Positions 1-8,780 of a stretch of DNA of 64,000 nucleotides are shown one piece after another. The notes beneath the pieces are model-generated. The model had not been told where the DNA came from. It searched no databases and saw only the letters and a list, made by a program, of their open reading frames with translations. The stretch comes from Fidelibacterota bacterium. Lineage in GTDB: Bacteria; Fidelibacterota; UBA2242. The stretch covers positions 4,837 to 68,836 of the forward strand of contig JAUVYH010000001.1 in the NCBI GenBank assembly GCA_030603165.1, written 5' to 3'. Made by a program: the position numbers and the translations under genes. Position 1 is the first letter of the stretch. Every line of letters begins with the position of its first letter.

Positions 1-213
1 TTGATGATCGAATTATGATGCCAATTGATATTGTTATGAAAGAAAACATCGAATATTTTCAAATAGACATCGATAAATAGTACATTACCTAAAAATCCCA
101 AATAAGATCGAAAAAGCTATTATCACAAACAATTAGCCACCCCCTGAAAATCGGTAGTTGTGTTACTGTAACTAATTGATAAATACGGTAGTTATTTGAA
201 GAATTGATTTAAT

Positions 214-274
214 AATAACGCCTCCAATTGTTAAATTATGGTTGTTGCAAAATCATAAAAAAGGAGGCGTTATT
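214..274 (+). promoter_or_regulatory. Stem-loop sequestering the transposase ribosome-binding site
   Basis: 12-bp perfect inverted repeat aataacgcctcc (214..225) / ggaggcgttatt (263..274); the right arm contains the SD GGAGG immediately before ATG 275. An 11-bp version is conserved in copy B (31701..31770 region, minus strand). Confidence 0.6.
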
Positions 275-1555
275 ATGACAAATTTACACACCCAAAAGTT
301 ACAGACTAAATTCAACTATTACCTTAAAAAAATGTCTGAAAATATCACAAAGCCGGAAAGCCGATTCGTACATGAAACAGTATTAGGGGTCCTAAAAGGA
401 CAAACGGTAACAATGAACAAGATAGCAATTCATATTCAGGACAGTGTCCGATTAAAGAAAACGCTTGAGAGATTTCGGCGTCATTTTCAGAAACTTGGAT
501 TTTGGAGAAGACTGATAGAGTCTCATATTCAGTCGGTTAAATCCAAAATTAACAAGGATTATTATGCCATATTAGATATATCCGACATTCAGAAGAAATA
601 TTCAAGAATGATGGAAGGGCTGGCAAGGGTACACGATGGAAGTACCAATTCTATCGGATTAGGCTATTGGCTCATGAATATAATAGGGATAAACCAGACC
701 GGAGAACAAATCACACCGTTGTATAATAAATTGTACAGTTTTGAGATAGGGACACAAAGTGAGAATAGCGAAATACTGGAGGGAATCTTTACTGTAATGA
801 AGCATGTCGGCAAACAACTTACCCGGGTTATTGACAGAGGTGGAGACAGAACAAAATTGATTGTGCCATTATTAAGAAAGCGTTTAAAATTTATCATCCG
901 ATCATTAGGAAAGCGTAAATTGATATATCGGGGAAAAGTCAGAAGTATAAAATGGATTAGTAGAAAAGTAAATCTCCAATATCGATTAGAGGCGCAGAAA
1001 ATAAAGAAGAACCGCATCAGGAAGGAAATTTATTATGCCGGCGCTGTCCCTGTCCTGTTTATCAATGAGTACACCGGCTTACCATTTCCAAATGAATTGT
1101 GGCTAGTTGTTTTAAAGGGAGAAGGCAAAGGATATGGTTGGTATATTGTATCCACCGATAAAAAAACAGAGAGAGAGGTTGTAGAAGAATCCTTTCGGGG
1201 ATATGGTTATCGTTGGAAAATTGAAGAATATCACCGACATATAAAGAATCAATTCCATCTTGAAGATATTCAGATAAGGAAATTCGAAGGTCTAAGAACA
1301 ATGTTGTCAATTTTAACTATTGCTATGTATCTAATATACACAGAGATAAGTTCGCTCCATAATCAATTGTTGCTATGCAGTCCCATCAAAACTATAGAAA
1401 AGTATAGGCTACATGAGATATTAGGATTCATCTACTATAAAATAGAATTGATAGTCAAAATACTTTTGGCTGCCGTAACGGCGAAAATGTTCAGACCTGA
1501 CAAAAAGACATGTTATATCAATCAAAACCAGCTCGCTCTTGCACTAGAATTCTAA
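275..1555 (+). CDS. IS4-family DDE transposase (426 aa from ATG 275; ORF track start 242 lies inside an SD-sequestering hairpin)
   Basis: Y-x2-R-x3-E-x6-K signature 'YGYRWKIEEYHRHIK' typical of IS4 transposases. Perfect SD aaggagg 7 nt upstream of ATG 275. ~90% aa-identical frameshifted copy at 30389..31701 (-). Confidence 0.85.
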   Translation: MTNLHTQKLQTKFNYYLKKMSENITKPESRFVHETVLGVLKGQTVTMNKIAIHIQDSVRLKKTLERFRRHFQKLGFWRRLIESHIQSVKSKINKDYYAILDISDIQKKYSRMMEGLARVHDGSTNSIGLGYWLMNIIGINQTGEQITPLYNKLYSFEIGTQSENSEILEGIFTVMKHVGKQLTRVIDRGGDRTKLIVPLLRKRLKFIIRSLGKRKLIYRGKVRSIKWISRKVNLQYRLEAQKIKKNRIRKEIYYAGAVPVLFINEYTGLPFPNELWLVVLKGEGKGYGWYIVSTDKKTEREVVEESFRGYGYRWKIEEYHRHIKNQFHLEDIQIRKFEGLRTMLSILTIAMYLIYTEISSLHNQLLLCSPIKTIEKYRLHEILGFIYYKIELIVKILLAAVTAKMFRPDKKTCYINQNQLALALEF

Positions 1556-1741
1556 AAAACGGGGGGTGGCCAACAATTCCAGCAAAAAAACACTTGACAA
1601 TTACATTCTATTTAATGTAAACTAACATTGTGTACGTACACATAGTGAGGGTTAATTTTGAGATTACGTTTTTTTTTAATTTTCATTGTATAAACGCCTG
1701 CTTAGAAAATTGGCTATAACGGATATGGGGAGAATGAATAC

Positions 1742-2080
1742 GTGATAACAATAAAAGATATTGCGAAACTCTCTGACGTTTCTATTGGAACAGTTGATCG
1801 CGTAATACACAAACGTGGTTTTGTATCTTCAGATACAAAGGAAAAAGTCGAATGGGCCATTAAAGAATTAAAATATACCCCCAATATATATGCTCGCCAA
1901 CTCAAATTATCAAAAAAGTACAAATTCGGTGTTTTAATGCCTGAGCTGCATCAGGATGCATATTATTGGCAAGAAGCTGCCGAAAGAGTTAATGTGTACG
2001 ATAACGCAATTGTTTATTTTATGCTTATTTATAATTTCTACTTTGGAAAGGAGGTAACATACGGGAATATTTTTAAGTAA
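1742..2080 (+). pseudogene. LacI-family transcriptional regulator, 3'-truncated remnant (HTH plus first ~40 aa of sugar-binding domain only)
   Basis: N-terminus 'IKDIAKLSDVSIGTVDRVIHKRGFVSSDTKEKVEWAIKELKYTPNIYARQL' is a LacI-type HTH. Only 112 aa versus ~340 aa expected. The next gene's RBS follows directly. Confidence 0.6.
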
Positions 2081-2130
2081 AGGATTTATAAACAGTAAGA
2101 AAAGGGTTTAACAAATGAGAGGAGAAAGAA

Positions 2131-5100
2131 ATGGACAAAAAATTTATATTAGTTATGCTTCTTTTGCTCTGCATGGTGCAGTACGTTTTTTCCGGAATCA
2201 CCGGTAAAATTGTTGGAAAAGTTACAGATACTGAGAGTGGAGAGCCATTGGTGGGTGCTAATGTTTTTATTAAGGGCACAACCATGGGAGCAGCCACTGA
2301 CTCGAACGGAGATTACTTAATTCTTAACATTCCGCCTGGCGTCTATACATTGGCGGCATCGATGATAGGCAACACAACCGTTAATCAAACTGACGTGTCT
2401 GTGTCTGTAGACCATACTGTTACTGTCGATTTTGCCTTACCACCTACAGTTATAGAGGGTGTGGAGGTTACAGTAGTGGCTGAGAGGAAAGTCATTAAGA
2501 TGGATATGTCTGCCAGTCAAGTCAGTATTAGCGCGTCGGATGTCGTGGAACTTCCCAACGCGACCAGCATTGAAGATGTCATTAATCTTCAAGTAGGGCT
2601 GGATTTTGATCCAACTACCAGAGGATATGATGAACAGGCAGAGGTGACTATCCGAGGGGGTGGAAGAGGACAGAACTCATTTATGGTTGATGGATTAACG
2701 ATGGTGGATAACCGATCAAACAGACCGATGATGATGGTCAATCTTAGCTCTGTAAAGGAAATTAACATCATTAAGGGAGGCTTTAATGCGGAATATGGTA
2801 ATGTTCGATCTGGATTAATTAACGTTGTTACCAAAGAAGGTTCTTCGACTGCATATAATGGTTCGCTTGAACTTCGGATGACCCCTGGCCACCTAAAACA
2901 TGCGGGTGAATCAATCTTTGATCCAAACAGCTACTATTTGCGGCCATATCTTGATCCTGCTGTATGTTGGAATGGTACCGCGAGTGGAAGCTGGGATGAG
3001 GCAACCCAGGCACGATATAATTCCTTTATGGGATGGAATGAATTTGCCAACACGTTAGAAGGTGTGACTCCGCAACAAGCCAGGGATATTTTCATCTGGC
3101 AGCACCGGGCTGAAGGCTCTGATGATCTTGGTCGGGAAGCGGGAAGCTACGGCGATAAGCCGGACTGGATTGCAGAAGCAAGTTTTGGCGGTCCGGTTCC
3201 CTTTATCAGTAAAAAATTAGGCGGCTTGAATTTTTTTGCTACTCATCGGACCAATAATGAACAGTTTGCACTGCCCACTAACAGGGACTACTTTACAGAA
3301 CAGAATTCTCAGTTAAAGCTATGCACTAAAATAACTCCGTCCCTGAAAGTTACGGTCGAGGGAGTATATGGAGAGATTCATACCGTTCAATCTGCTCCGC
3401 GTGGTTCCGGAATGGATGCCTATATGACAAGTGGAATGGATATACTCTATTCCCCAATTGCTACTGGTGATGATTATGTGCTCGGTCAGAACGCTGCTTT
3501 GTATTATCCTTCTGCCCTGAATCTATTCGATATTTATAGGTCTATGGTAGGCATAGCTATTGATCATGTTTTGAGCCCACGTACATTTTATAATGTGAGA
3601 ATCTCTCGGACTCGCGTTAAAAATCTTTGCACTGGTCCGGATAGATTTCGGGACAACACGACCATTCGAACTTTTGGTGACTTTGCCGTTGATGAAACAC
3701 CATTTGGATATCAGGTTGGTATCGAAACCATGTTTGATGGTATGTCTACAACCGGAGAGGGGTCTACCCGGGATTACTCGGAAGTCAATACCGTCAATGT
3801 TAAATTTGATATCACCAGCCAGGTCAACAAATACAATCAGATTAAGTCGGGATTGGAATATAATTATGATGATCTTGATGTTCACTACGAGCACAACCAA
3901 ATAGGTGATGCAGGTAATAACTGGATAGTTAAGTGGAGGAGATATCCGTACCGTGCCAGTATGTATATACAGGACAAACTTGAATTCAAGGGCATGATTG
4001 CCAATGTAGGTTTAAGAGCAGACTTGAATAATCCAAATTCAAAGGCATTCGTAACGGATAGATATTCCATGTATTTCCGGAAAAAATTTATGGATACGTT
4101 TCAAGATTTAGCTCCTTACGAAGATGCTAAAGTGCGCCTGAAACTTAGCCCTCGTTTAGGAATTTCTCATCCAATTACCGAAGATGCCAAACTTTACTTT
4201 AATTATGGTCATTTCTATTCGGTGCCAACATCTAATGAGATGTTTCTCATTATGAAACGGGCTCAAGGGCTTAGTGATATAGGCAATCCCAATGCTGAAT
4301 TAGCAAAAACAGTAGCCTATGAGTTAGGTGTTGAGTACAGTCTCTTAGACATGTTCCTGCTTCATTTGTCCAGCTATTATAAAGACGTCAGCGAACAACT
4401 TGCCAATATCCATTATGTCGGCTATGATGGAGGTGTCAACTATTGGTCTCGTGAAAATAACAATTACGAGGATATTCGAGGATTTGAGGCTAAAATTGAA
4501 AAGCGTTTTGGGGCATGGGTTACCGGATGGGTAAATTATAACTATATGGTGACTACATCCGGATATATTGGACGGCAGACCTATTACGAGGATCAAAGAA
4601 GGCAGGCGCAAGAAGGACTAATGAATCCGGTCCAGAATCGTCCGCTCGCACGTCCTTTAGCCCGCGCTAATATCACCATCACGAGTCCCAATGATTTCGG
4701 GCCGACAGTTGCAGGATTTAATCCAGCTGCTGGTGTCCGGTTAGATTTGCTTTATATCTGGAGAGCCGGTAAGTACGAGTCAATAGGTGATTATAGAATG
4801 TGGAATAAAGTGGGTGATGTCGAATTAATTGATGATTTGCAATGGAAAGGTCGGACCACTTTTGATTTAAGATTACGAAAAAAAATATCTTATATAAAAT
4901 ATGACTTTAGCTTGTATCTGGATATCGCCAATGTGTTTAACATAAAATACCTCGAAGAATCAGGCTTTGCAGACGCTGATGATAGAACCTCTTATATGAG
5001 ATCATTGCACCTGCAGCGGTACAACGGCGACGAGTTTGCGACTAAGGCAGAATATGAGGCTATGGACTGTATTGCCGGCGACGATAAGCCGGGAGACGTA

Positions 5101-5199
5101 AAGTCCGATGATAAACCTTACATAGATATGCCAGACCGCGAATTTCTTACCTATCTGAATCCTCGAACAATTACGTTTGGATTAGGAATTAATTTTTAA
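2131..5199 (+). CDS. TonB-dependent outer-membrane receptor with N-terminal carboxypeptidase-regulatory-like domain and plug domain
   Basis: Signal peptide; 'GKIVGKVTDTESGEPLVGANVFIKGTTMGAATDSNGDYLI' (CarbopepD_reg-like); plug region '...VTIRGGG..FMVDGLTM...'; C-terminal aromatic residue (..LGINF); 1022 aa; SD gagaggag upstream. Confidence 0.85.
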   Translation: MDKKFILVMLLLLCMVQYVFSGITGKIVGKVTDTESGEPLVGANVFIKGTTMGAATDSNGDYLILNIPPGVYTLAASMIGNTTVNQTDVSVSVDHTVTVDFALPPTVIEGVEVTVVAERKVIKMDMSASQVSISASDVVELPNATSIEDVINLQVGLDFDPTTRGYDEQAEVTIRGGGRGQNSFMVDGLTMVDNRSNRPMMMVNLSSVKEINIIKGGFNAEYGNVRSGLINVVTKEGSSTAYNGSLELRMTPGHLKHAGESIFDPNSYYLRPYLDPAVCWNGTASGSWDEATQARYNSFMGWNEFANTLEGVTPQQARDIFIWQHRAEGSDDLGREAGSYGDKPDWIAEASFGGPVPFISKKLGGLNFFATHRTNNEQFALPTNRDYFTEQNSQLKLCTKITPSLKVTVEGVYGEIHTVQSAPRGSGMDAYMTSGMDILYSPIATGDDYVLGQNAALYYPSALNLFDIYRSMVGIAIDHVLSPRTFYNVRISRTRVKNLCTGPDRFRDNTTIRTFGDFAVDETPFGYQVGIETMFDGMSTTGEGSTRDYSEVNTVNVKFDITSQVNKYNQIKSGLEYNYDDLDVHYEHNQIGDAGNNWIVKWRRYPYRASMYIQDKLEFKGMIANVGLRADLNNPNSKAFVTDRYSMYFRKKFMDTFQDLAPYEDAKVRLKLSPRLGISHPITEDAKLYFNYGHFYSVPTSNEMFLIMKRAQGLSDIGNPNAELAKTVAYELGVEYSLLDMFLLHLSSYYKDVSEQLANIHYVGYDGGVNYWSRENNNYEDIRGFEAKIEKRFGAWVTGWVNYNYMVTTSGYIGRQTYYEDQRRQAQEGLMNPVQNRPLARPLARANITITSPNDFGPTVAGFNPAAGVRLDLLYIWRAGKYESIGDYRMWNKVGDVELIDDLQWKGRTTFDLRLRKKISYIKYDFSLYLDIANVFNIKYLEESGFADADDRTSYMRSLHLQRYNGDEFATKAEYEAMDCIAGDDKPGDVKSDDKPYIDMPDREFLTYLNPRTITFGLGINF

Positions 5200-5237
5200 T
5201 TAGGTGAAAACTAAATAGAGAAGGAAGGAATACAATT

Positions 5238-7445
5238 ATGAAAAGAAATTATTTAATAATAGAACTTCTGCTAACATGTTTCCTATTTTCGTATAATATT
5301 GTATACGCGGGTTTCACCAAGAATATACAAGTTGGGAGTTATCAGACATTTGTCGATGACAATACCCATCAGGGTGAAACCTCAGTAGGCGATCGTGGTG
5401 CTATGTATCAGAATGCTTTTCACTGGGGTTGGCCTGCCTGTGCGGTACAGTTTTCAGGGTGGTACCTGGGCGCCAAAAACTGGACAGCAGAAGATGGAGA
5501 CGTATGGCCTGTGAAGCTCACTGGTGCGGCACCTGTCACGGTAAATGAGTTGCAAGCCCAGATGCCGGTAGCAGATGAGGACGGATATTTTATCAGAAAA
5601 TATGTGAGATATCGACCTCCCACGGTTGTCGTCGATGGCTTCGAAACAAATGAGCCGTTTCCATTGGAAGGTGATGAAGTCGCTCCCGATAAGATCCCGG
5701 GAACGGCAGATGTCATGGTAACATCAACAATTAATACCGATATGGGAGTCACGATAACTCAAAAAGTACTTGCCTGGAGCCAAAAAAATCACGATGATTA
5801 TATCATCTATGATTGGACATTCACCAACACGGGAAATATCGATCTGGATGAGGAAATTGAACTTCCAAATCAGACATTAGAAGGCGTTTACTTTCTCCGA
5901 TCAAGCAGGCTCGAACGATGGGATTCAGAATATTGGTATAGCGGTTTCGGGGAATATACAACAGATACGCTACGGATGCGCTATGCCTATCCAGCGAGGA
6001 GAAAAGGTGCGGACCATGATAATACCGGAAATGGTTTCTGGGCGCCACAACCGGGCTGGCTTTGGAATTCGCAGTCTGTCGGTCAGGCTATACTTCATGT
6101 TGATAAATCTGTGGACGATCCAACAGATGACTTTGATCAACCGGGTATGACCGGCACAGAGAATAGCGACCTTCTCTGGATTCGAAATGATCCTACCTCC
6201 ACCGGTCCCGCGGATTGGGCTCAGGTATATAAAGTAATGACAGAAGGATGGGTATGGCGAGGCAATGTACCCCGACTCACACAAGACAATGCCCCCGCCG
6301 GGATGACAGTACGCTCCGGATACCGTTCAGTGAGAATGCAGGATCTTGCCGTGCCTGGCACGAAATTTATTTTGGATCTCGACTGGGTTACCTACGGCGC
6401 CGCATATTTTTGGGATGCCGGTCCATACACGATGAAACCCGGGGATTCGTTCCGGATCGTCTGGGCGGATGGATTTGGAGTCATCAATCCGCTGAAAATC
6501 TGGGAAATTCAGGGAGCATGGGAACAGGGAACAGCCACACCACCTGAAGGGATGACATTTGACAATGCTACTGGAGTTGGTTTGCTTGATAACATGCCGC
6601 CCCCCTATAAAAATAATCCTGACCTGTATGATAATGATTATAATAACTGGTCCAGGGATTGTTGGATTTTTACAGGTATTGATTCTCTCATTCAAAATAT
6701 GAATGCCGCCCAGTGGAACGTGAGAAACAATTATAACGTGCCAATCCCGCCGCCGCCGCCATCAGTTACCGTCAGTTCAAAACCGAACCAGATCGTGATT
6801 GAGTGGGGTAATGAATCAGAAGCAGCGTCGGATTTTGCCGGTTACAGATTATATCGATCCGAAGGTTTCTGGTATGAAGGGCATATTCCATGGACTAATG
6901 AGACAAGGCATGGTAGGTGGGAACTTATTAGGGACTTTCATGGTAGCAGTACTCACAGTTATGAGGATACGGACGTGACCCGTGGTCTTGCCTATTACTA
7001 TTACGTAACCGCCTATGATGATGGTGAGAGCAATGGACCTGATGTCAATGGACAGAATCAAGTTCTTGAGAGTGGTGCTTTTCTAAATGTAACAAAACGC
7101 GCTGCATATCTAACCAGAGATGCAGGAAGCAAACTCGAAAATATTGTTGTCGTACCCAATCCATTTAATATTAGCGCTATAGATCTGCAATATCCAGGTG
7201 AGCCAAACAAAATAATGTTTTTGGAATTGCCCCCGGTTTGTACCATCAGGATTTACACCGAGAGTGGTGATTTAGTGAGAACCATTGAACATACCAACGG
7301 TTCCGGTGATGAAGCATGGGGCGTATTGGCGAATGAACACCTCGCCTCTGAAATAGGGCAGCTGGTCGTGAGTGGTATTTATATTGCCAACATTGAAACG
7401 CCGGACGGCGATAGCATCAATCGTAAAATCGTGATCGTAAGGTAA
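5238..7445 (+). CDS. T9SS-secreted surface protein: unknown ~480-aa N-terminal region, poly-Pro linker, FN3-like domain, type-A T9SS C-terminal sorting domain
   Basis: Signal peptide; 'PPPPPS' linker; FN3-like 'IVIEWGN...GYRLYRSEG...YYYYVTAYD'. C-terminus 'VVPNPFN...IRIYTESGDLV...SGIYIANIETPDG...RKIVIVR' matches the Por secretion tail pattern. Confidence 0.65.
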   Translation: MKRNYLIIELLLTCFLFSYNIVYAGFTKNIQVGSYQTFVDDNTHQGETSVGDRGAMYQNAFHWGWPACAVQFSGWYLGAKNWTAEDGDVWPVKLTGAAPVTVNELQAQMPVADEDGYFIRKYVRYRPPTVVVDGFETNEPFPLEGDEVAPDKIPGTADVMVTSTINTDMGVTITQKVLAWSQKNHDDYIIYDWTFTNTGNIDLDEEIELPNQTLEGVYFLRSSRLERWDSEYWYSGFGEYTTDTLRMRYAYPARRKGADHDNTGNGFWAPQPGWLWNSQSVGQAILHVDKSVDDPTDDFDQPGMTGTENSDLLWIRNDPTSTGPADWAQVYKVMTEGWVWRGNVPRLTQDNAPAGMTVRSGYRSVRMQDLAVPGTKFILDLDWVTYGAAYFWDAGPYTMKPGDSFRIVWADGFGVINPLKIWEIQGAWEQGTATPPEGMTFDNATGVGLLDNMPPPYKNNPDLYDNDYNNWSRDCWIFTGIDSLIQNMNAAQWNVRNNYNVPIPPPPPSVTVSSKPNQIVIEWGNESEAASDFAGYRLYRSEGFWYEGHIPWTNETRHGRWELIRDFHGSSTHSYEDTDVTRGLAYYYYVTAYDDGESNGPDVNGQNQVLESGAFLNVTKRAAYLTRDAGSKLENIVVVPNPFNISAIDLQYPGEPNKIMFLELPPVCTIRIYTESGDLVRTIEHTNGSGDEAWGVLANEHLASEIGQLVVSGIYIANIETPDGDSINRKIVIVR

Positions 7446-7523
7446 AAGTAATAGATGAAAACTTTCCAGACTTTGTCTACCTAATGTAGATTACATTTAG
7501 GATAAATAAGGAGTAAAATTACT

Positions 7524-8510
7524 ATGAAGAAATTAATCATACTTTTGGTCGCTATTTTTACGGCGGCTATCATAACAATACCTGCCCATGCGGCATTAAA
7601 AAAAGTGTCCCAAACCGGGTTCCAATTTCTGAAAATTGATGTTGCGCCTCGAGCTGCCGCCATGGGTGGGGCGTATACATTGACAGGGAATGACGCCAGC
7701 GCCATGTTCTATAACCCTGCAGGCATGGCTATGATGCAGCACAACGTTGATTTTTTCTCAAGCAGAACACAATGGATAGCTGATATCAGTTACAGTGTAG
7801 CGGGAATAGCTAAAAATTTTGATAAGTGGGGCACTGTTGGCGCAAGTTTTATTTTTAGTGATTATGGCGACATCATTGGTACTCGAGTTGCTAAGAACGA
7901 ACAAGGTTACGAGAAAACCGGAAATATTGATGTTGGAGCGTATGCAATAGGTGTAAGCTACGCCAAATCTTTGACAGACAAATTTTCCGTCGGTGGTCAG
8001 ATTAAATATGCAGCTCAACATCTTGGCGACAACGTGTTTACGGAGGGTGGCAAATCTTATAAAAATGAAGTATCCGGATTTGCCTTTGACTTTGGCACTA
8101 TTTTTTATCCTGGTTTCGAAAGCTTGAGATTTGGAATGAGTGTTAATAATTTTTCAGGACAGTTTCAATATGAAGAGGATCCGTTCCAATTACCCCTCAC
8201 ATTTAAAATTGGTGTTGCTATGAACGTAATGGATTTATTAGGCGATTATGAAAATCCTTTACTCATCGCCATCGATGCTATTCATCCTCGTGATTACACA
8301 GAGAGAATACATATTGGAGGTGAATATTGGTATAAAAATATGATAGCATTCAGGACCGGTTATAAATTCAATTACGATGAAGAAGGTTTCTCTGTAGGAA
8401 TTGGTTTTAAGCGCACCATTGCTGGAACGAATATGAAGTTGGACTATGCCTATAGTGACTTAGGCAGATTTAACGCAGTATCCAGAGTTTCTCTTGGAAT
8501 TTCATTATAG
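7524..8510 (+). CDS. PorV (LptO)/FadL-like outer-membrane beta-barrel protein, probable T9SS cargo shuttle (alternatively PorP/SprF-like)
   Basis: Signal peptide; N-terminal 'FQFLKIDVAPRAAAMGGAYTLTGNDASAMFYNPAGMA' with NPAG hatch motif; 328 aa; C-terminal aromatic-rich beta-strand pattern. Located directly downstream of a T9SS-CTD cargo gene. Confidence 0.5.
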   Translation: MKKLIILLVAIFTAAIITIPAHAALKKVSQTGFQFLKIDVAPRAAAMGGAYTLTGNDASAMFYNPAGMAMMQHNVDFFSSRTQWIADISYSVAGIAKNFDKWGTVGASFIFSDYGDIIGTRVAKNEQGYEKTGNIDVGAYAIGVSYAKSLTDKFSVGGQIKYAAQHLGDNVFTEGGKSYKNEVSGFAFDFGTIFYPGFESLRFGMSVNNFSGQFQYEEDPFQLPLTFKIGVAMNVMDLLGDYENPLLIAIDAIHPRDYTERIHIGGEYWYKNMIAFRTGYKFNYDEEGFSVGIGFKRTIAGTNMKLDYAYSDLGRFNAVSRVSLGISL

Positions 8511-8780
8511 AGTTAAATGCTCTTTGTGTTTTCATCAAAAGTATTTGAAGATACTGTGATTTCTATAAAAGTGCTTTTGTTGGGTGAAAATTGTGATGCT
8601 TTAAAAGAACCGCACTGGAAACAGGCCTCGGTAAAATTGTAAACTTGAAAGATTTAGTTTAATTAGCCTTTTTAATTTCACTACAGTTGCCGAGGTCTGT
8701 TTGTTGTTCTCAAAGAAGATTTTTAGAATCAAATCTAGTAGAATTAAAGTTACATCAAAAATCCATATAAGGAGGAAACA

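Larger units (their letters stand above)
127..1697 (+). mobile_element. IS4-family insertion sequence, copy A (apparently intact), ~1.57 kb
   Basis: Ends placed where nucleotide similarity to the inverted second copy (30226..31812) starts/stops: left end near 'aaacaattagccacc', right end through 'ttttcattgtataaa'. Single DDE transposase gene. Shared internal palindrome tgtgtacgtacaca at 1629..1642. Confidence 0.75.

Noticed and set aside
664-1310. Antisense ORFs (664..1017, 1062..1310) inside the transposase gene
   Set aside because: Fully embedded opposite a well-supported CDS, no RBS, low-complexity translation.
2073-4611. Multiple 60-125-aa ORFs on either strand overlapping the TonB receptor gene
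   Set aside because: Embedded in a 1022-aa gene with clear family motifs; typical spurious six-frame noise.
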